From: Gammaproteobacteria bacterium
GTDB taxonomy: Bacteria; Pseudomonadota; Gammaproteobacteria; Eutrophobiales; Eutrophobiaceae
Length of the DNA stretch: 64,000 bases
Assembly: GCA_965248145.1 (NCBI GenBank)
Contig: OZ252091.1
Location: 2,898,082 to 2,962,081, forward strand
Direction of reading: 5' to 3'
A program made the translations under genes and the position numbers. Below the pieces are notes generated by a model. The model saw only the letters and a program-made list of their open reading frames with translations, was not told the origin of the DNA and made no database searches. Shown piece by piece: positions 58,151 through 64,000 of this stretch (its first letter is position 1; every line of letters starts with the position of its first letter).

Positions 58151-61100
58151 TGTGCGCAGCATCACTCCATGCTCCGGTTTGCCATGGCCGCTCTCACGGC
58201 GTTCCCCGTCCAGGTTCAGGCTCAGGGACTGCCCCAGGTTGAAGCGCCAGCCCAACCGCAGGGAGCGGCTGCTGCCGGCCCACTCCATACCGCTGTACGG
58301 CGTCAGGATGCCGTAGGTCCACGGCACGTCCAGCCCATAGCCCATCTCGGCCTTGATGCGCCCCTGTGCCGCCGGATTGTGGTGTGGTGAGATGCCCGCA
58401 GTCGTCTGCCGCTGCCACAAGGCCTCGGCGCCGCTGTCGGTAATGCCCCAGCCCGAATCCAGCCGCAGGGCCAGACCCCGGGCCAGACGCCCCGGGTCCA
58501 GGGCCAGGCTACCGCTAACGCCCCATTCCTCATAGCCGCCGTCCTCGTGGGCCACCAGGGCGCGTGCCCGGGTCTCTACGGTCAAGCCCCGCACCGGGTC
58601 CGCATAGCGCAGCCCGCCGCCCAACTCCATGCCGAAGCCTCTCTCGGCCTCGCCATCGTCATAGCGTATCCCCAGCTCAAAGCCGGGCGCAAGCAGGGCA
58701 TTATTGGCCAGCGCCCGCTGGTGCCGCCCGCTCAGCAGTAACCGCACCCGGCTGTTATCGGCGCTTTCCACCGCCTGCATGCCCGGCACCTCATCCGAGG
58801 CCGTGCGCACCCACAAGGCATCCGTCTTCAGGGCCAGTTCCGTGCGGGCGCTCGCATATACCACCCCGCGCAGGCCCAATGCCCCCATACCCATCCGCAT
58901 GTCCGTCTCTATTGGGGTCGGACTTAAGTCCGACCCCGTTTGCCGTAGTTGCAACGTGCCTGCCCCATATCCCAGCGTGCCCCACACCGATAACCTGTCC
59001 GTCAGCGCATAGCGCAGGTATGGGTTGACGCTCACCAGTGCGCTGTTCAACCTGCCGGCGCCATCGTTGCGGGCAGACCGGTAGGTCCCGTCCCCGTCGT
59101 GGTAGGCCAGCGCCACACCGGCCAGCCAGCGGTTGCGAGCGTAGTCCACACCCAACAGGCCCGACAGGACGTCACCGCTGATGTCCACGCTCTCATCCGT
59201 GCCGCTGAAGTGGGTCAATGCTCCCCGGCCCCACAGGGACCAGTGGCCGGGGGTTTCCGAGGTGGCTGTGATGGTTTCTAAGGTGTTGTCGGCGCGACCG
59301 TGTGTTTCACTGGATTCCTGCCTACGCAGGAATGACGAGTCTGACAGGGACAGGTTGAAACTGCTCCGGGAGATGGACTGCCGCTTGTCGAATTGCAAGC
59401 TGCCGCGGTTGGTCAGCAGAGTCCACAGAGCGCGTTCCAGCAGGGTCGCCTCGCCGGCTTGGGCTTCGACCTGTCCGGGGACGGAATTCAAGTCCGTCCC
59501 CTGTTCCGTGCCGATCTGCCCGGGATTTAACATGGATGGACAGGATGATTCAGGCTGGGGTTGTCCGAATGATCCTGCCTGGTCGTCATGACGAGGGATG
59601 TGATCAGACGTGTCGCTTGCGGTGATGGTCTGTTCACTGAATTCCTGCCTGCGCGGGAATGACGAACGGAGTTGAACTGCCCGCCCACCCAAGGTCAACC
59701 GGCTGTCAGCCCTCGCCGCTTCGTCGAAGCGGGCATTCAGCAGGGTCACTACCTGCACGGCGCTGGTGCGCCCGAACCGTGCCAGCCAGCCATTAGGCAA
59801 TGGATCGGTGTTCCGAATCGTCCCCGTTGCCGTGCCGTCGCCGATTTTCGCACCACTGGCATTGGACAGGGTCAGGGTCAGGGTCGCGCTGTCATCGTCA
59901 ATGTCATCATCCAGCACCGTCACATTGATGGTCGCCTGGATGTCCCCCGCCGGTATCCGCAACGTGCCGGACGCGGCGGTGTAGTCCTGCCCCGCCGTCG
60001 CCGTGCCGTCCGAGGTTGCGTATCGCACCGTGGTCGCCCAGGCGCGCTGGTTGCTCTGGGTTACCGTGAACCCAAGCGTCGCGCCCACTGCTTCCCTCAC
60101 CTCCGCGTCGGCGACCGAAAGAGACGGACCGGTGATAATGGTCTGCAGCCCCCCGGGCAGCATACGTCCGTCCGCATCGCACACGCCGGGCGAGCCGGCG
60201 CAGTCAGTGGTCGCGCGCACCCGTACAGTAACGTCGCTCGCTCCGTTCGGAGCAATTGTCACAATCCATTTCCTGTTTTTGCCGGGTTCCCGGCGCTTGG
60301 CGCCATCGACACGCCCGTTGGTGACCTCAAACAGCACATTACGCCCCCCGACCGTGGTGTAGCTGAGGCCGGGCACGTCGTGGCTGAGGTGAAAGTAGAT
60401 CTCGAACGGCGTGCTGCCGTCATGTTTAGCGGCTTCAAGCGCTGAATCGGCATCCGCGGCTGGCGCCTGTGAGAAGGAGGCTGTGAACGGCCTCCCCGAC
60501 ACCGTTTTCGAGACCGCAGATGCAAGCGCCCGGTTATCGACGCAGATAGCATTGGCCTCGCCGCAGGACCGCACGGGCAGGCTGATTGTAATATTGCCAT
60601 TCTGGGTGGGGGTTATTCGGACTTCCCATCTCTGATTGCTGCCCGGGGTAAGACGCCGGGCGCCGTCCACCCGGGCCCCGGTCACATTCAGCAGTCCGCC
60701 ACCCACCGTCCGGTAACTCAACACCGCGACGTTCTCGCTGAAGCGCAACCCCACCGTGAACGCTGTCGACCCGTCGTGGGAGGCCGGCACGTTCTCGAAC
60801 TCAACGGTCAGGGCATCACCCGCAACCACGGTCACCGACACCGTGTCTTCATGGTAGAGCCCGGCCCCGTCCGTCACCCGCAGGCTGAACGTGAGTATCT
60901 CGTCCGTACTCAGCCCCGTCGGCGCATCGAAGGTCGCGCCGGCTGTGTCGTCATTGGCAAGCGTCACATTCGTACCACTCGTCTGGGTCCACGCATAACT
61001 CAACTGGTCGCCTGCATCCGGGTCGGTGCCCGTCCCGGCCAGGGTCACCGTGGTACCTCCGCTAATGTCCGCCCGGTCGTTCCCCGCATTCGCCGTGGGC

Positions 61101-62485
61101 GCCTCATTGCGGTTCGACAGCGTGACGGTCAGATTTGCCGTGTCACTGCGGCCGCCGTCGCTCACCTGTACCGCGACCTGGTAGCTGCCGTCGTTGTCGG
61201 CGTCGTCCGGGTCCTCAAAGTCCTTGGCCGCGGCGAGCGCCAATACGCCAGCGGCGCTGATCGTGAACTTCCCACCGTCCGTCCCGGCAGCGGCGCCTGA
61301 GGGAACCGACCAGGTCAGATCCGCTGCCTGAGTATCCGAATCCGTGGCTGTCAGGGTCGCCACCGCCGTCTCGCCCTCCAGCACCATGAAGCTTGACGAA
61401 CTCGTAATCTCCGGGGATTCCGGCGTGCCGCCAGGACCCGGCACCGTCACGCTAGCGGCGGCCGACAGCTTCTTGCCGCCAGACGTGCACACCGCGCCCG
61501 TCGCGGCGCAGTCGCTTGGCGCCGGGATCACAATGGAAATCTCCCCGCCAGAATTCGGACGCAACGTGTATTCCCAACGCTGGTTGCCTGGCGGCTCTAA
61601 ACGCTGCAATCTCACCACCGTGCCGCCTGTCACCTGCAGTGCATAGTCCTTCATGGCCCGAAAACGAAGATTAACTTCTTGGTTGAAAAGAAGTGCAAAC
61701 TTGAACGAACTCTGCCCGTCATGGGCCGCGGGGAGGTCTTGGAAGTGAGCCGTCAACACGTTATTCTCAGTTTGGGGCAGGTTGGGAGTGTTGGAGTCCT
61801 CCGTCCCAATTGCAAAACCCCTGACAGACATCTTCAATGCCTGTCTACCTGTGTGCCACACGTTCAATTCTTCCGGTTTAATGCAATAAATGTCACGCCT
61901 GGGCGAGCATGGCTGCTCCAGATTGTTCGTTACCCATTTCTCCAGACGCGAATCTCCGATGCTGAATCCGGTTAGGGAACCGGCATCCTCACGGTCAGCG
62001 TCAGTTTTCGCTGTTTTGAAGTAGTGGTATTCACCGTCATCATTGATCAGCACCAGAAAATAAGTTGTGTTCGCGTCCAGGTTGGCACCGGGAGTGGCGT
62101 AGAACTTGGCAACACCGGTATTTGCGACGCTCCCAATAAGGCGGTATAACTCTCGTCCGGGCTCACCTGAGTTGTCCGTATAGATGCCCACGGCCAACGC
62201 CGCTCTCGAATCTGGGGAGAGGACGTTTACCGCGACGGCACTAAGCCTATACCCGCCCGTATTAGAGCCGGTGGTGAAAGTTTGAGCCTGGACGTAATTG
62301 ACAGTATTCCGTGATGTGAACCTCCCGACAGTAGCACCTGCCGCTCTGGCAGTCTCCTGCGCCATGTTGGAGACGAGTGTGACGGTCGACGCCTGAGCTG
62401 GCGCGGCAAACGCCAGTACGAGCAAGCTCGCGGTCAAGGCGAGCAGCAACGGCACGGCCCGTCTGCGGCGGCTCAACCGGTGCAT
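58136..62485 (-). CDS. large autotransporter (type Va) adhesin-like protein: signal peptide, passenger with Ig-like and Calx-beta domains, C-terminal beta-barrel translocator
   Basis: Start at MHRLSRRRRAVPLLLALTASLLVLAFAAPAQA (ORF open from 62596). Calx-beta: ...VRYATSDGTATAGQDYTAASGTLRIPAGDIQATINVTVLDDDIDDDSATLTLTLS. Autotransporter barrel: ...WSLWGRGALTHFSG...LSVWGTLGYGAG... ending ...MLRTTLPW. High-GC DNA. Confidence 0.8.
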   Translation of the reverse strand: MHRLSRRRRAVPLLLALTASLLVLAFAAPAQASTVTLVSNMAQETARAAGATVGRFTSRNTVNYVQAQTFTTGSNTGGYRLSAVAVNVLSPDSRAALAVGIYTDNSGEPGRELYRLIGSVANTGVAKFYATPGANLDANTTYFLVLINDDGEYHYFKTAKTDADREDAGSLTGFSIGDSRLEKWVTNNLEQPCSPRRDIYCIKPEELNVWHTGRQALKMSVRGFAIGTEDSNTPNLPQTENNVLTAHFQDLPAAHDGQSSFKFALLFNQEVNLRFRAMKDYALQVTGGTVVRLQRLEPPGNQRWEYTLRPNSGGEISIVIPAPSDCAATGAVCTSGGKKLSAAASVTVPGPGGTPESPEITSSSSFMVLEGETAVATLTATDSDTQAADLTWSVPSGAAAGTDGGKFTISAAGVLALAAAKDFEDPDDADNDGSYQVAVQVSDGGRSDTANLTVTLSNRNEAPTANAGNDRADISGGTTVTLAGTGTDPDAGDQLSYAWTQTSGTNVTLANDDTAGATFDAPTGLSTDEILTFSLRVTDGAGLYHEDTVSVTVVAGDALTVEFENVPASHDGSTAFTVGLRFSENVAVLSYRTVGGGLLNVTGARVDGARRLTPGSNQRWEVRITPTQNGNITISLPVRSCGEANAICVDNRALASAVSKTVSGRPFTASFSQAPAADADSALEAAKHDGSTPFEIYFHLSHDVPGLSYTTVGGRNVLFEVTNGRVDGAKRREPGKNRKWIVTIAPNGASDVTVRVRATTDCAGSPGVCDADGRMLPGGLQTIITGPSLSVADAEVREAVGATLGFTVTQSNQRAWATTVRYATSDGTATAGQDYTAASGTLRIPAGDIQATINVTVLDDDIDDDSATLTLTLSNASGAKIGDGTATGTIRNTDPLPNGWLARFGRTSAVQVVTLLNARFDEAARADSRLTLGGRAVQLRSSFPRRQEFSEQTITASDTSDHIPRHDDQAGSFGQPQPESSCPSMLNPGQIGTEQGTDLNSVPGQVEAQAGEATLLERALWTLLTNRGSLQFDKRQSISRSSFNLSLSDSSFLRRQESSETHGRADNTLETITATSETPGHWSLWGRGALTHFSGTDESVDISGDVLSGLLGVDYARNRWLAGVALAYHDGDGTYRSARNDGAGRLNSALVSVNPYLRYALTDRLSVWGTLGYGAGTLQLRQTGSDLSPTPIETDMRMGMGALGLRGVVYASARTELALKTDALWVRTASDEVPGMQAVESADNSRVRLLLSGRHQRALANNALLAPGFELGIRYDDGEAERGFGMELGGGLRYADPVRGLTVETRARALVAHEDGGYEEWGVSGSLALDPGRLARGLALRLDSGWGITDSGAEALWQRQTTAGISPHHNPAAQGRIKAEMGYGLDVPWTYGILTPYSGMEWAGSSRSLRLGWRFNLGQSLSLNLDGERRESGHGKPEHGVMLRTTLPW
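59308..59338 (-). repeat. family-B hairpin unit inside the autotransporter CDS, in frame (encodes SSFLRRQESSE)
   Basis: cactggattcctgcctacgcaggaatgacgag. Its reverse complement tcgtcattcctgcgtaggcaggaatccagtg matches the intergenic units. Confidence 0.75.
59633..59662 (-). repeat. second in-frame family-B hairpin unit inside the autotransporter CDS (encodes SSFPRRQEFSE)
   Basis: cactgaattcctgcctgcgcgggaatgacg. The reverse complement cgtcattcccgcgcaggcaggaattcagtg shares 18 nt exactly with the intergenic copy at 19406-19423. Confidence 0.75.
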
Positions 62486-62892
62486 GGCGCACCCCGCCGG
62501 CGGTGTGGTCCGCTCATGGCCGTTGTCAGGGTCCCCTTGCATTGGCCGACCGTGGGAACGCCGACCTTGGTCCATGAAGGAATGGAGTTGACGCACATTT
62601 CATAAACGTCTGCGCCCAGATCTTCGGCAGCGGCGAATGCCGCCTCCACGTATTCACGACGGGTGGCAAGATCGCTCAGCAACATCACGGTCTCACCCTG
62701 GTGCACATTGCAGAGTTCGAACTGTTTTTTAAACAAAATCCCCAGCTTCGCGGGATTCAATTCTTGTACGCGGGCAATTGCAGGCAACACGAGATACTCT
62801 CCCCTATCGTTTTGATCATATATAAAATATCGTTTTATATATAATATCATGCACGTCTCAAAGACGATTGTCAATTTGGATGTCAGGAACAA
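62473..62892 (-). CDS. hypothetical ORF, possibly the 5' part of a gene truncated by the high-GC island insertion
   Basis: The middle segment looks genuinely coding (…KLGILFKKQFELCNVHQGETVMLLSDLATRREYVEAAFAAAEDLGADVYEM…). The C-terminal about 40 codons lie in the high-GC island DNA and overlap the autotransporter start. Confidence 0.25.
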   Translation of the reverse strand: MFLTSKLTIVFETCMILYIKRYFIYDQNDRGEYLVLPAIARVQELNPAKLGILFKKQFELCNVHQGETVMLLSDLATRREYVEAAFAAAEDLGADVYEMCVNSIPSWTKVGVPTVGQCKGTLTTAMSGPHRRRGAPCTG

Positions 62893-63000
62893 ATAGATGG
62901 TATGGGTTGTAACATGTCCTATATGGGTATTGATGAATCATGACCACAACCATCTTTAAGCAGCATTGCCGATGCGCTGTTTTCCACCACCAGACAAAAG

Positions 63001-63165
63001 GTGCTGGCCTATCTTTTCGGCCATCCAGACCGCAGCTTTTATGCCACCGAGATTATTGCGCTCGCAGACAGCGGTTCTGGCGCCGTGCAGCGTGAATTGT
63101 TCCGGCTTACACAGAGCGGCCTGGTAACAGTGAGGCGTATCGGAAATCAGGAATTCTGTATCGAA
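63001..63165 (+). CDS. small winged-helix-like DNA-binding ORF (GTG start; no upstream ATG) that reads through into the repeat array
   Basis: ...ALFSTTRQKVLAYLFGHPDRSFYATEIIALADSGSGAVQRELFRLTQSGLVTVRRIGNQ looks like a wHTH. The ORF continues through the repeats, which is probably spurious. Confidence 0.3.
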
Positions 63166-63400
63166 TTCTGGCGACGAATTCTGGGGACACAATACTTCGA
63201 ATTCGGGGACGAATTCTGGGGACACAAGGTGGAATCACGAATTCTGGGGAGAATTCTGGGGACACAATACTTAATTCGGAATTCTGGGGACACAACGGAA
63301 TTCTGGGGACACAATACTTAATTCAAGGAAGTTCCCCAGGGTGGAATTAAGTATTGTGTCCCCAGAACTTCCCAGAACTTCAGAACTTTACACCCAGAAC
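63151..63400. repeat. Iteron-like array: at least 7 direct copies of gaattctggggacacaa(tactt) with irregular 0-15-nt spacing, plus one inverted copy
   Basis: Copies start at 63151 (degenerate), 63164, 63176, 63211, 63239, 63251, 63278 and 63298. The inverted copy is aattaagtattgtgtccccagaa at about 63346-63368, followed by cccagaacttcccagaacttcagaacttt. Confidence 0.8.
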
Positions 63401-63464
63401 TTTATTTTACTGGATTATGCTACTATATGGCATATGCTGTCATATACCAATGTAGGAGGCGATC

Positions 63465-63704
63465 ATGTACACCGCAAAGATTTTCAAGAACGGCCGTAGC
63501 CAGGCTGTCCGCATCCCGAAGGACTATGCCTTCGAGGGCGTGACTGAGCTTACCGTACAGAAAGTGGGACAAAAACTGATCCTGGAGCCCGCGCGTAAGT
63601 CCTGGCTGACGTTGAACGAGGAAAGCAAGCCTGTCGGCGATAACTTCCTGGCCGAACGTCCGGACATGTTCGAGATTGATGAAAGCCGGGTGATAATTGA
63701 ATGA
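63465..63704 (+). CDS. vapB: VapB (AbrB/MazE-fold) antitoxin
   Basis: MYTAKIFKNGRSQAVRIPKDYAFEG. It overlaps vapC with an ATGA junction. Confidence 0.75.
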   Translation: MYTAKIFKNGRSQAVRIPKDYAFEGVTELTVQKVGQKLILEPARKSWLTLNEESKPVGDNFLAERPDMFEIDESRVIIE

Positions 63705-64000
63705 TATATATGCTCGACACAGACACCTGCAGCTATATCATACGGCAGCATTCGCATTCCGTCCTGGAAGCCCTACAGGATAGGGCAAGCAGAGGTCATA
63801 TCCTTTGTATGTCCGTAATCACCTACCAGGAGTTACGCTTTGGCGCTGAACGGGTCGGCTCTGCGAGTTACCACAATCGCATCGATAAGATATGCGAACG
63901 TCTTGATTATGTGGCGGACTGGACAACTGAGTGTGCGGATAAGTTTGCTGCTACGCAGACAGCACTGCTCGAAAAGGGCAAACCGATCGGTTTCACCGAT
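63701..64000 (+). CDS. vapC: VapC PIN-domain toxin, 3'-partial at the window end
   Basis: MIYMLDTDTCSYIIRQHSHSVLEAL...VITYQELRFGAER is a PIN/VapC N-terminus. The frame is open to 64000. Confidence 0.75.
   Translation, partial: MIYMLDTDTCSYIIRQHSHSVLEALQDRASRGHILCMSVITYQELRFGAERVGSASYHNRIDKICERLDYVADWTTECADKFAATQTALLEKGKPIGFTD

Noticed and set aside
59672-60445. 257-aa plus-strand ORF and other 60-175-aa ORFs inside 58.1-62.6 kb
   Set aside because: They are antisense or alternative frames of the autotransporter CDS in about 65% GC DNA. Long spurious ORFs are expected there.
63151-63400. Possible CRISPR array
   Set aside because: The repeats are only about 17-22 bp, and the spacers are 0-15 nt and irregular. 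One copy is inverted, and no cas genes or leader are present. It fits iterons or binding-site arrays better.

Overview
This 64-kb window reads as a mosaic proteobacterial (probably gamma) chromosomal region: core catabolic operons interrupted by several accessory islets. All calls rest on reading and translating the sequence by eye; no database search was possible.

Core genes:
- Two paralogous BCCT transporters (one running off the window start) and an MFS transporter.
- A glycine-betaine/dimethylglycine/sarcosine catabolic cluster: soxBDAG, L-serine dehydratase, a GFA-family protein and a dimethylglycine dehydrogenase.
- A cupin - glyoxalase I - cupin module.
- Two tandem TonB-dependent receptors with a divergent AraC regulator, and a class-III aminotransferase.
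- A squalene-hopene cyclase, a ~590-aa acyl-CoA dehydrogenase, lrp-putA, an acetamidase/formamidase, an acyl-CoA ligase, and paaX plus paaABCDE.

Accessory content:
- An rve/DDE IS element immediately upstream of the partial BCCT gene.
- At least six type II toxin-antitoxin modules: HTH-XRE+Panacea/DUF4065 antitoxin with a small toxin candidate, Phd-VapC, two VapBC pairs, Phd with a MazF/PemK-like toxin, and BrnTA. A Fic protein is also present.
- A 5-gene operon (MerR-like HTH, VIT-domain protein, three unknown proteins) that I cannot assign to any described system. I flag it as the best candidate for a novel conflict system.
- A low-GC decayed restriction-modification module. Its methyltransferase is split exactly at a C7/G7 homopolymer, and the endonuclease is fragmented.
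- IS30-like and ISAs1-like transposase scars.
- A high-GC island carrying a 1,450-aa autotransporter with a Calx-beta domain.
- An iteron-like direct-repeat array next to a small wHTH ORF and the terminal vapBC.

Three families of small palindromic repeats are interspersed through the window. The 32-nt hairpin family has covarying stems and occurs twice in-frame inside the autotransporter gene.
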